From Takakia lepidozioides (taxonomy: Eukaryota > Plantae > Bryophyta): a stretch of DNA of 64,000 nucleotides. Numbering within the stretch: the first letter of the stretch is position 1; every line of letters begins with the position of its first letter. Both the position numbers and the translations under genes were made by a program. Below, piece by piece: positions 38,150 through 49,638 of the stretch. A model generated the notes under the pieces. The model was not told the origin of the DNA and ran no database searches. It saw only the letters and a program-made list of their open reading frames with translations. The stretch spans positions 33,728,001 through 33,792,000 of the forward strand of contig CM060731.1 in the NCBI GenBank assembly GCA_030704615.1, given 5' to 3'.

Positions 38150-38475
38150 GTCAAACCTGTGTCGGCACACGAGCACGCACAACTCACGCCAGAGTAGTGC
38201 TGGATCAGAAGGTGGCTACAGAGATGCGAATTAGACCAATTTGATGGAACTTCAAGCTGGTCTTGGCCTTGGATTTCATCCAAAGACGGCCACATTACAG
38301 CATGCCACTATCAGTCCATAAGAAGAAGAAGAGCTGAAGGACATGTGGAAATGCCTTGAGACTATGTCGGAGATCATCAATCTTGGATGCGCTTAAGCCC
38401 AGGCGCTCGAGCTCTGCCGTTGTCCCCAATTCGGTGATGAAGGGCAATTCGTATCGCACGCGTGCTGCTCCAGGG

Positions 38476-40133
38476 TGTGATACCCCATCTATAACTGAGG
38501 TCGAGTCTTGGAGTTGGAGAGCTCTTGGTGCCTGGAGAAGCCTGGAGGGGAATGGCCTCGGGAACCCGTAGATAACCTGGGAACAGTTTTTAATGGCGAG
38601 AACGTTTTGATGTTAAATTTAAAAAAAAAAAAAAACCTTTTTGATCTAATTTAAATGATTTAGAGCCTAATTGGTCATATCTTTGTCAAATGGACTCTGC
38701 TTGACTCAGTTTTTGAGGGGATAACTGCAGAAAGGGGAAATCTACCTATCTCGACCTGGTTTTAGTTTTTTGGACTCTGCTAAAAATCTATGGAATTTTT
38801 AGAGTGTGAGTGTGCCATGAAAGATCCACAATTCTGTTTCTAGAACTTGTTCTGGTCTATATGAGAGACAAATCTGTGGATGTCCTCCTTGTATGGCTGG
38901 AGGAAATGAGGACGTAATTGAAGGGCAGGTCTCTTCTCTTAGCCTGTGCACCCAAGGGGACAAGATTTATGTTTCTCAAGGAACTCAGACTGATTTGAGT
39001 GGAGAACAGTTGGACGAGTTGATTGCATACTGGGAGTCAGGCATTAGCAGTAGACAACAAACTGTTGTAGTTGGCGTTGAGGGACTCAATATCGCTTTGG
39101 ACAGTCAGAACTCTGTTGGAGCCAGCAGTTCTGCAGCTGTAAGTGAAATACCAAAGTGGGTGAAAGCTAGGCTTGGGACACAGCCAAAGACAGCCCCGGG
39201 GACCAAGGTGTTCAGCCACAAGGCCGTGGTGTACTGGAGCGGAGGAGCAGGAGCTACACAAGTTTGTGCAATCAAACATGGTTGCAGCCGGAGACGCTCT
39301 ACACAAGGCAACCATGAGCGGGGGTTCATTAGCAATGACAAGTTTGTTCTGCGTGAAGGAGATGCAGTCATTCGCAATGAGGACACCCGCAACCGTCTCA
39401 AAGCTTTCGAGTTGAGAGACTATCAGACCCTACCTTTGTTTTCTTTAGTGTTCAGTGAGCGGGAGATAAGGGAGTATTGCTTTGTCTCTACCTGGCAGAA
39501 AGAGGAGGAGGGTTGGTTAGAGCGAGCTACTGTAGTTGGGACAAGGTTAGTGGCAGGTTTCTGGACATAGATATATCTCCTACACCTTACCATCCTGCAG
39601 AGCGAGGCACTTTGAGAGAAGTCTGGTAGTTGATAGCATAGATCAGGATTAGATCTTGCTTGATCGGGCTTCTATTCTTCCCCTCCCTCTCTTTACTATT
39701 TTCATTACTTTGTACTTGTAGTTGCCAAAGCCTCTCTTGGTGGAGGCCAGTCAGTCCGGGGTTTTGGGCTGGGATATTCTGCAGAAGCGGCATTGCAGAT
39801 GGATTTTGGTGTGGGGGTGTTGATGTTTTGATTTCTTGTGTTTGGATCCCCACCAAACCTGCATGTTTGACTGTGCGCCATGTTGGTTTTGTGTGGGCGC
39901 TTGCTTTCATAGGGATTAGGCCGGATTTGATCACCGGTCAATCCTAGAGTATGCTGTCGGTGGTGAGGCTGGAGTGATGACCAGCAAGACCACCAGTGTT
40001 TCTTCTATGGTGAGACTGGGTTGATGACCAGCCAACCATAGGAGTTCTTGCGGTGGATGCAGGTGCAGGTGCCCTGAGCCATTGGGATATGACCCTTAAA
40101 CTGCAACAGGTGCCCACCCGTGTCACTATTAGA
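38476..40133 (+). repeat. Putative 5' LTR (~1.66 kb)
   Basis: Starts TGTGATACCCC and ends TATTAGA (degenerate TATCACA) 2 nt before the PBS. Confidence 0.6.
38893..39570 (+). CDS. 225-aa ORF of unknown function inside the putative LTR
   Basis: ATG-initiated, uninterrupted, protein-like composition. No family recognised. Confidence 0.5.
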   Translation: MAGGNEDVIEGQVSSLSLCTQGDKIYVSQGTQTDLSGEQLDELIAYWESGISSRQQTVVVGVEGLNIALDSQNSVGASSSAAVSEIPKWVKARLGTQPKTAPGTKVFSHKAVVYWSGGAGATQVCAIKHGCSRRRSTQGNHERGFISNDKFVLREGDAVIRNEDTRNRLKAFELRDYQTLPLFSLVFSEREIREYCFVSTWQKEEEGWLERATVVGTRLVAGFWT

Positions 40134-40135
40134 AT

Positions 40136-40148
40136 TAGTATTAGAGCC
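40136..40148 (+). promoter_or_regulatory. tRNA-iMet primer-binding site (degenerate)
   Basis: TAGTATTAGAGCC is TGGTATCAGAGCC with two transitions, directly upstream of gag. Confidence 0.75.
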
Positions 40149-40160
40149 TTATAGTGTCAC

Positions 40161-41834
40161 GTGGAGGAGGTGCACATTGTGAGTGTCATCACGGAGTTAC
40201 CCAAGGGTTTTGAGGGGAGTACGGCTACAGGCAGTAACAGTGAGAGTGGGTTCACAAGACGAGGTATTCGGTTCAGACCACCTTCACCACCACCCTCAAC
40301 TACTGTAGAGTCTGACACAGACCCGGAGGCTTCATCCACAAGTGTGCAGTTTTCTTCGCCATTGTTGTGGGACGACATGGAGGAGATGTATGGAGCTATC
40401 AAGGGGCCTCGTAGGTACTCTGGAGCTGTGGGAACAATCGAGATGGATGACTTTATCCAGGAGTTCGACAGCTGGTGTGATTTGCAGCAGATGCGCAATC
40501 CACAGCTGTTCACCCCATTCATGGCGTGGAAGGGATTGTTCCAACATTTGGAAGGCCCGCCTATGGACGATTACCACGAGTTCAGGCAAGGACATGAAGC
40601 AAAAATTGAAGAGTGGAGGATGTATTGGTCACCTGACTACGTCTCCATTACTCGAGGAACAACGCGACCAGTAGCGGCATCAGCACCCATACCTCCCACG
40701 GCTAGCACTAGTAGTGGAACAAGTAGTGCCAGTACTTCTGTAGAAGGTGCTACTACCCATCCTCCCACGACTACAACACATGTGCCTAGATTCAGCCCGG
40801 TGGTGGAGTTCTTCTAGGAGTTGCGGAGGAACTACCAACGTGTACGGACTGAGAAGCTGCGAAGTTTGCAAGACTTCCAGCGCAAACCCAGTGAGAGCCT
40901 GCGAGAGGCGTACACTCGTATGAGGCGCTTGATAAGTGTGACCCAAGGGGTTACTGAAGCTCAGGCAATCCAGTTTTGGTATGGAATTCTGGACAAGGAG
41001 CTCAAGAGAAGGGTGCGAGATGCAACCCTGTTATAAGCAGCCCAACCCACATTAGCAGATGTGTTTCTGCTGGCTGAGCGGATTGAGCTCAACATGGTGG
41101 AGGAGCGAGTTGTTACCATTGGATTTGGCAAGGACATGCCTGCACGGGGCACAGCTGTCAGCCCACAGGCACAAGGGACTGCCCAACATCGTGGTGAGGG
41201 GGGCAAGGTTGCCTAGCCCAAGTTCCATGGAGCTTACAAGGGACCTCAAGTGCAGAGGCCCGTGGCATCTTTTGCAGGCCAACAGCAACCAGGGGTGATA
41301 TGTTGGACATGTGGACGACCCCATGTCAAGAGAGATTGCCCAGAGAGTGGCAGAAGGCCGGCACAAGCACAGCCTGCACAGTTGCAGTGTGGGCATTGTG
41401 GCAAGTATGGGCATGGAGATGCCCAGTGTTATGACTTGCATCCTGAGTTGCGCCCAGGCCAGTTCTAAGGGAACAATGGTGGCCGGGGGCGAGGTGGACC
41501 AGCCCAGAGAGGACGAGGTGGTTGGGCACGAGGTGCAGGCCAAGGGCAAGCTCAACATGGCCAAAGACGCGGAGGTCAGGGTGTTGACCAAGGCATGGCC
41601 AACCGGCTTCAGCAGCTAGAGCAGAGGCTCGCTGCCATGGCTACAGCTCAGGTGGTACCGGCTCCCAGGCGGGATGGTCCACCTCCTGCTCCTGAGGGAG
41701 AAGATATGGGAGGCATGGGATTCATGTGCGGAGCAGCACTACCACTAGTGCAGGTGGAGTCTGCTGCAGCCGTGACTCGAGGTGCAGCACAAGTTCCTGA
41801 GCCACGAGGTGTAGAGGTGGAATTGGATCCATAG
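40161..41834 (+). pseudogene. gag with two zinc knuckles; single frame with in-frame stops
   Basis: RYSG...DDFIQEFDSW; FQRKPSESLREAYTRMRRL; CWTCGRPHVKRDC and CGHCGKYGHGDAQC; RGG-rich tail. Confidence 0.88.
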
Positions 41835-42289
41835 CGTGGGGAGGCAAAGCCGTCAGGCGAGGCTTCCTCAGTCATTCACATTGGCGGAGACAGTGTCGAC
41901 GCCATCCATGGCACCTAATTCTCGCCCGACTATTACCGAGACGGAGGTTACTATGCCATTGGGGAGAGCTACACGTGCAGCACTGACACCTGCTACCAAG
42001 GCTAGTACAGCCGGTGTGTTATTGGGGGCAGCCACCTCTGTGTGTCAAGCCCCACTGTTCTCGGCAACCATGATTACGACGCCGGGGGTAAGACCAGCTG
42101 CAGTGTTCAGACTAGCAGCAACACTCTGCGAGAGTGGGGAGGTCACTTCATCTTCTGCGGAGTTACTGGAAGGTGTAGTGGTAGAGGGATCCTCGGATTT
42201 GAGGGTCAAGACTGCCATGGCTGCGCCATGGCAAGCTGCAGCTGCCAGGTTGACGGAGCAGCCAGCTAGGCCAGCCTTTGAGCACGCCA

Positions 42290-42710
42290 TGGTGACACCT
42301 GGAGTTGTCTTGTTAGACAACCAGGGAGGCATTTTCACTTTGAATGGACCGGCAGGCAAGAAGTACCGGCCACTGCGGGTCTTATTGGACTCAGGAGCTC
42401 AGCCACTGATGTTGGGCAGAGCTGCTATTGCAGGTCTGGGCCTCATGGAGGTGGATATGGAGCCTTGTCCTTTCCAGATTCAGACATCTCTGGGAGGATC
42501 AAAGCAGGCTCGGGGCATGACATGGCGTGAGTTGGCCATTGGACTACAACCAGATCATCCTGTAGATGGCTCAGTGATGCGAGCCAAGGCCATTGTGACA
42601 AACGCGGTCTCTTACAATGTCATTGTTGGTGGGGCAGTGTTATATCCCATGGGCTTCACCCTGGACTTTTGGGAGGAGTCAGCATCCTACAGGCCTGGAT
42701 GGCAGTCAGG
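42290..42710 (+). pseudogene. Retropepsin aspartic protease domain
   Basis: RVLLDSGAQPLML active site and YNVIVGGAVL substrate-binding motif. Confidence 0.85.
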
Positions 42711-43101
42711 GGATGGTCGTTGTGCACAGCTCCCTGTGACATTCATTGGGGGTATTGCGGCTGCCCAGCGGGGCAAGATGCCAATACTAGTCGCTTTTAC
42801 AGCTGCAGTTAGTTGGCCTGGAGAGTTGCTGGAAGGCAATGCCCATGCAGAGGATGTGCCACCTCCAGGAGAGCAGGATGACATGCATGGTATGGCGGAA
42901 TTGCCTGCCATGGTTGCTCACACTCCATTATGGGGTACGAGCAAGGATTCGCAGCAGGCTGTTGATGGACGGGTACAACAAGCCTGGGTAGAGGCCTTCG
43001 TACCATCAGGAGAAGAGGAGAGTGCGGTGATTGCACCAGGACCACCTCAGTTGTTGCCATTGGACACCACACCTCTTGTGTGGCAGTGCCCGGATGAAGG
43101 C

Positions 43102-44040
43102 ACATGCCTTCTGGACTTGTTTGGCGGGATCAGCACTGGATTGGCTGCAGTACTGCAGGCAGGTATACGAGTTTGACGTTACCTGTATGTGGAGAGGGAT
43201 GAGACTGCACGACTTGTCTCACTGTGCCATGTTGCTCAGTTTGTACTGCAGTACCCTGATTTGTTGTCAGTGTCTGCAGTTCGTGGATACCAACAAGCCT
43301 TGCCAGCAGACATTTCGTTGCTGGGGGCGCAGGATTTGGAGCGGGTTGGCTCCATTGATCTGGTAGTGGCAGGTTGGCCCTGCCAAGGGCATTCATCAGC
43401 CAAGCATGGCAATGGATTGCGAGACTCGAGGACGGGTCTGTTTTGGGAGATGGTGCGGATTTTGCGCCACTTGCAGCTTCATCAAGCTGTATCTCCTACA
43501 TACATCTTGGAGAATGTGCCATTGATGGGTGATTCTCGGGCCAGGGTGATGGCCAGTGTGCATCAAGTCCGGTCGTGGCTTGGGTCAGCAGTGTTGCTGG
43601 ATGCAGCTGCAGTGGGGTCATGGGCTCATCGTCCACGGCTATGGCGGTCTAACTTGATGCCACCCGCACTGCTCAAGCATGCATTTGATGGGGTGCAGTG
43701 GCCAGCACACCTCACAATGGATAGCATTTTGGACACAGGGAGGCAGTCTCAACGTGTGAGACACGATGACCGTTCGCCTTTGGCAGTGGTCAACAGGGTG
43801 GGTCAACCACAAGTAGCATTACCTACACTGCTCAGCTTCCCAGGATCCCATGCTTTTCGGGATGGTGGACCTGGCCTCTTGTGGGATAGCCAGTTGCAAC
43901 AATTAGTGGAGCCCAATGCTGACGAGCGCGAGCGGGCGATGGGTTTTACCACAGGTACCACGGCGGTGCCATCTCTTTCTGAGGCATCACGTCGTCAGGT
44001 GTTGGGGCAAGCAATGGATCTCAATTGCTTGACCTGGATT
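43102..44040 (+). pseudogene. C5 cytosine DNA methyltransferase domain within pol (one internal TGA)
   Basis: Motif I LDLFGGIS, II YVERD, III ADIS, IV DLVVAGWPCQG, VI YILENVP, VIII AHRPRLW, IX ERERAMGF, X RQVLGQAM. Same frame as the protease ORF (41836) and the RT N-terminus (44407). Confidence 0.95.
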
Positions 44041-44406
44041 ATCAGCTTGGCTATGGCTGAGCAGCGCAGAGTACGGAGTACACTTCCCTTCATGGTCTCC
44101 CTGCCTACCAAGACGGTACAGGCAGCAGGTGGGGGCGAGCAGGTGAGGACCACGAGGTGCAGGCCGCATCCATGGCACACGTGGGAGGTGCTCGAGGTTC
44201 AGAAGGAGTTGGCAGCCAAGGCGGCGGTGATGGAAAGGGTTGGGGATTTTTCTCGGATTGAGGAGATCCTCAAGGATAGGATAATGGGGCAGGATGAGAC
44301 ATTGTCACTGACAGAGGAGGCAGTGGTCACTGCTCAAGAGGTTGCAACATAGCAACCACGGGACGCGTCTTCTACCTCTAAGCCTGCTGGACTCAAGGTT
44401 GCAGTC

Positions 44407-46235
44407 ATGGAGGACAACTGGGAGCCTGATGTTGGACCTATAGTCACCGGAGGAGAGAGACGACGTATACGGCAGTTCTTGAGGGCTTACAAGAACTGCT
44501 TTGCCTTCAGTTTGAAGGACTTAGGAGCACTGAAGGGTCAAGAGATTCGCATTGAATTGGCTACTGACACGCCAATCTTTCGGAGACCCTATAGATACAG
44601 TGACATGGAGAGGTCCTTGATTTTCAGATGAGAACTTAGGACCTTTGGGAGGCTGGTTTGGTGGAGCTATCTGGGGGAGAGTATGCTTCAGCCACAGTGA
44701 TGCCAGCCAAGAAGGATGTCTTTGGCAATTGGATGGAGAGACGTATGTGCGGTGATTACCGGCCTGTAAATCGTCAGACCAAGTCCGATAGGTATGCCAT
44801 GCCAACACCAGAGGAGATCTTTGATGTCATTGGGCATGCCAAGGTCTTTAGCACGTTGGATTTACGATCCGGATATCACCAGTTGCCGATCAAGGAGGCG
44901 GATAAGCAAAAGACAGCATTCTGGGGGATCAATGAGCACGGGAAGGATTGCCTATACCAGTGGCGGTTCTTACCATTTGGACTTAAAAATGCTCCCGCTG
45001 AGTTTCAAAGAGTCATGGACAGGATTCTAGTAGGGGTGGAGTTTGCTCGGTGCTACATAGATGACATCATCATCTTTAGTGCTACGGTGGAGGAGCATGA
45101 GAGACACCTTCAGGGGGTATTTGAGCGCTTGAGGGCGCACGGATTGAAGTTACATCCGGGAAAATGCAAGTTTTTCCACAACCAGATTGAGTATCTGGGT
45201 CACATGATATATCCTGGCGGATTGGGGGTACAACAGACTAAGGTAGAGTCCATTGCACAGGTTCCACACCCCACGGATGTGAGCCGAGTTCGAGCTTTCA
45301 TGGGGTTAGCAAACTATTATAGACGGTTTGTTAAGGGATTTAGTGTCATTGCAAAGGCTCTAACCAAGCTGACCAAGGTGGACCAGGAGTGGCAGTGGGA
45401 AGATGAGCAAGAACAAGTTTTTCAAGAGCTCAAGGCGAGGTTGACCTCGGCGCCCATCTTGAGACGACCTATCAGGGGGCGTCCTTTTCAGCTGCATACA
45501 GATTGGAGCATGCTGGGGCTTGGAGCAGTGCTCACACAGGTGGTTGATGAGGGAAGAGAGTTCGTAGTGGCTTATGCTAGCCGCTCGAACAACGTTGCAG
45601 AGTCTAAGTATAGCTCAAATGAGGGAGAATGCTTAGCTGCAGTGTGGGCCGTGGCACACTTCAGGTGCTATCTATACGGCAATCTCTTCACCCTTGTCAC
45701 GGATCACCAACCACTCAAGTGGTTGATGGAGTCAGACAAGCTTACGGGGAAGCTTGCATAACCGTGCCCGTTGTGTTGGGTGAGGCACAATCCTCACTCA
45801 ACCATCCTCCCACACTCGGAGCAGGTGTGTCCCTTCCCACTTGAACCTCTTGGCTCGTTGTAGGATCCGATCCCTCTCCTTGGCAGTCACAGTGGCTGCA
45901 GTGTCTCCAGTGCGGAGGTAGTCCAACACAACTGAATCCTCATGTATATCTTTGGCGTCACCTTGCTCATTGCTGGCCTCAGGGTCCTTAGACACTTGAT
46001 CTACAGTCATCCCTGTTGCAGGTCCAACCTGTCCTTCCGCTGCCAAGATACACAGAAATGCAGATGCATGCCATCCGGGCACCATCTCCTTGTCCGTCTC
46101 ACCATGCCACCGAGCTCCAGTGTCATCCTGTTGGCTCGTGCATGGATTGCGACTCAACCCATCTGCATTGCAATTGACCAAACCCGGTCGATGCACCACC
46201 TGAAAGTCATACTCTTGAAGGATGAGTGCCCACCG
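44407..46235 (+). pseudogene. Reverse transcriptase and RNase H; last 477 bp inverted
   Basis: RMCGDYRPVN, FSTLDLRSGYHQ, LPFGLKNAPAEFQR, YIDD, LHTDWS, TDHQPLKWL. Confidence 0.96.
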
Positions 46236-47315
46236 TGCGGCATGCCAATGAGGAGTTGGGGCATTTTGGGGTGCGACGCACTCATAGTCTACTGCAAGGG
46301 CAGTATTGGTGGCGTGGTATGCACACAAAGGTGCAACAATTTGTGGCTAAGTGCATGGTGTGTGATAGGGTGCGTGCTTCATTCAACGCCCCTACTCCAC
46401 AATTGCACCCTCTTCCGATCATGGGATTGGGCTACAGGTGGAGTCTTGACTTCGCAGGGCCGTTGCCACTGACCATGCGCCACAACAAGTACGTGTTGGT
46501 GATGGTGGAGCACTTCTCCAAGTGGATTGAATTGGTTCCATTGCCTGATAAGGCTAGTGAGGGAGCTGCGTATGCATTCTTGGATTGTGTGCTTAGCCGA
46601 TTCGGTGCTCCAGCTGAGGTACTCACGGACCAAGGGAGAGAGTTCTTGGGGGAGTTTCAGGCTTTGTGTGACAAGGCCTTGATAGACCACCGCACCACTT
46701 TTTGGGATTATCCTGAGGCCGATGGCTTGGCAGAGAGAGTTGTTCAGACAGTAAAGAGGGGTTTGCGCAAGAATGGCTTGCAGAAGGGACACCTAGGAGA
46801 TTGGGACCTTTCAGTTATCCTGGTTAGCCATGGGCTACAGGTTCAGCAAGCAAGCATCATTTGCCTCCTTCTCACCATACTTTCTTCTCTTTGGCCGAGA
46901 GCCGGATTTGCCTACATCCACTCGCAGAGAAGCTGCTACAGTTCTTAACCTTGACGATCCGGACGTGTGGGCACGTGCATGTGAGCAGGTGCAGAGTTGT
47001 TCAAGAAAGTCATGCCCATGGCTTTCGAGAACCTTGCCATTGCACAACATCGTGATACGTTGAGGTATGCTACCATACGTGGTGGGGGCTATCGTCCCGG
47101 GGTTCGGAGATTCAACCCTGGTGACTATGTCTATCTGCAGCAGACTGCTCCTACAACATTGGATGTGACTGCAGGACGTGTTATTTTGAGGGTTCGAGAG
47201 GTTTTGCCCTCAGGCGTCTTGGTCTTGGAGGGTCGGGATGGCATAACTTGGAAGGACCATGTGCGTAATTGTGCGCCATGTCACCTTCCGAATGTCGATG
47301 GCAGGATTGACCCAA
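46236..47315 (+). pseudogene. Integrase (HHCC plus DDE), frameshifted and truncated
   Basis: LGHFG...CMVCDR, WSLDFAGP, LTDQGREF, GLAERVVQT, FSPYFLLFGR. Ends at PCHLPNVDGRIDP. Confidence 0.93.
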
Positions 47316-47850
47316 ACCATTGTGGCAGACTACTTTATTGTGCATATATGTGTGGTGTGGTTTGGACAACGATGTAGTTGTGTAGCGATATGTATGCGCA
47401 CGACATGTATGATATCCAAAAGTTTGTCATCAAACACTCGTTCATTTACATTTATTTGTCTAAAATTGTGCGCTAGATGGCCCCATATTTTCTATTCCAC
47501 GGTGCCAAGGTTTTGATGGCATAGGCATTGTCTGAGGCTGAGCAGTCAGACCAGTTAATTGTTTATATGCAATGTGGCATTCATCTATAATATATGTCGC
47601 TGTTATTTTCAATTATTGAAACCGTTCAAATAAACGACACACGTCAGACATCGATAACTACATTGCAGACGAACAGCTGTCCACTAATGGCTGGCAGGTG
47701 CACTAATAAGGGAACGACATTTGTGTAACGGTCACGCGAGAGGGAGTCCGATGCTTCTAGAGACAATCCCCAACGCACGCAACTCTGCAAGAAATCAAGA
47801 GTCACTTTGTCTTTCTAGTTTCCGCACTTAGAGGGAGAGAGGTAGTCAAG

Positions 47851-48243
47851 ATGGAGAGGGTTCTTTCTACGATACGAAAGAGAAGGAAGTCACTTTATTT
47901 TACTTCCCTTAGAGAGAGACTCAGAGCAATGGAGCAAATGACAAGGCGTCGTTTGATGGAGAACACAGGGCCAAGATAGCAGGTGAACACGGAGATTGCA
48001 ACACAAGAGCAGACCGAGAATGAGGCTGTAGTTGTCACACAGTCAGAGATAACAGTGAGCGTTGGAAACCAGACTGTGGAAGCAGAGCTAATTCGCAGGG
48101 AAACTAAAGGAGGTGGAAGTCCATGGAACGCTGAACCGGGAGAAGGTCAACAAACCCTAGAGCAAACAGAAATTCCAACAGATGTGAGAGGGAAGAGGAA
48201 AGCTGCAGAAGAGGATCCAAATTCAAAACCTAAGAAGGCGCCA
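47851..48243 (+). pseudogene. First-exon-like, acidic/basic low-complexity coding remnant, probably a DNA-transposon accessory gene
   Basis: ATG at 47851, one internal stop, NLS-like RGKRKA...KPKKAP, then donor GTAAGT. Confidence 0.3.
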
Positions 48244-48311
48244 GTAAGTGTTCTCTACCTTCCATTTCCTGTTTACAGATCTACGAAGAGAGTGAGTGCA
48301 ATGTCCTAGAA

Positions 48312-49090
48312 AGTGATGGTCGGTACCGACCATCACTATGAAGCCATGTTGATTTGCTTTGTACTCCTCTGTTTATGGTTTTCCACACCAACAGTTTGTG
48401 ACTGGCGGTACCGCCATTCACTGTTCTTCATATCATAGAGTTAGTCTGATTGCCTTTCAAGCACTCATTCTCTTTCATTCTGTAGCAAGAACCTGTGATT
48501 GTCGGCAACGTCATTCTCTTTCTTTTCAAAACTTTCATTCTGATACAACAGAAAGTGAGTGTCGGTGCCGAAAGTAACTATGATCCAGTATTGATTTACA
48601 TCAAACGCAATGCATTCCATTCTAGTGTAGTGCGAGTGTCATTAACGCCATTCGATTCTCCTCATGAGCTTGCGGTACCGCCAATCACTTTTTTTGAGAC
48701 CATACTGTAGATTCATGTAGAGAATCGATTGCAAAGTACATTCGAGACAGATAAGAAACAGTGATTGTTTGTGACGATCATCACAATGAAGTCTCTTTGA
48801 CTTATCTGCACTCACTTTCTGCCCTAAACTAGAGTGAGTGTCGGTGCCGCCAATCACTAAGACATATATTTCATTGCACCAAACCGATCCAATAGGTCCT
48901 TCAAATGCAATGTTTTTTTATTGTCGTTAACGCCGTTCGCTAATGCTCAAAACCTTTCTGTACCTGTTTGCCGACCATGACTATGTAGTCATATTGTTTT
49001 GGTTTGCATTCGTCTGGATCAGCTTTGCTTGCGTAGATCGTTCTGAATTTCGGTGAGACGAGACAAACTGATGGTGGGTACCGACGTTCA
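48312..49090. repeat. Dispersed array of ~24-bp palindromes
   Basis: Perfect 26-bp palindrome AGTGATGGTCGGTACCGACCATCACT at 48312-48337, with variants near 48398, 48495, 48555, 48665, 48834 and 49069. Confidence 0.75.
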
Positions 49091-49152
49091 ATATTTGCAC
49101 AAAACTCACTGTCTGATTGGCATGGCATCGTGCAGAAAACTGTGAAGTCCAA

Positions 49153-49638
49153 CACTACTACAGATTAACGTTTTTATGTCTACGGGTGATATAAACCTTG
49201 GTAATCATGACTATATGTGTGACTACGAAGTGATGAAACCCATTGTTGGGCGAATTTTAATATATTTTTATCTAATGTAGTCATACGTTTTACTACATGA
49301 CTAGGAGACGCGGTCAAACAGTGTGAACATAGGCTTGGTTTATATAACTCGTAGTCATACGCAATACTACACGTCAGACACATGCCACGTAAGCTTATGA
49401 CTACATGACTACTGGAGGTTTCACATCTCTGTTTCTATGATTACATCACTACACGTGGCATCTTAAGGCATATACATGAATGGGTTCATCTATTGGATGA
49501 CCTCACCCATCTATCTTTAACGAAGCACTTGTCATATGTGACCATGTGTCCATTTGATATTGGCAAAATATTGGACCTGGAGCTCGAAGCAGTTTGCAGT
49601 TTCAGTATGTAGTGGCGTGGGCAAATATCACGAAGTAG
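49153..49638 (+). mobile_element. CACTA (En/Spm) terminus, interrupted by an LTR
   Basis: CACTACTACAGA followed by direct and inverted ATGACTAC/GTAGTCAT subterminal repeats. Confidence 0.75.

Larger units (their letters stand above)
38476..47315 (+). mobile_element. Ty3/gypsy LTR retrotransposon encoding a C5 DNA methyltransferase; decayed and 3' truncated
   Basis: Order LTR-PBS-gag-PR-DNMT-RT-RH-INT. No 3' LTR in the window. Confidence 0.93.

Noticed and set aside
43102-44040. Bacterial contamination or a host DRM/CMT gene
   Set aside because: Intronless, in frame within gypsy pol, non-permuted, and without accessory domains
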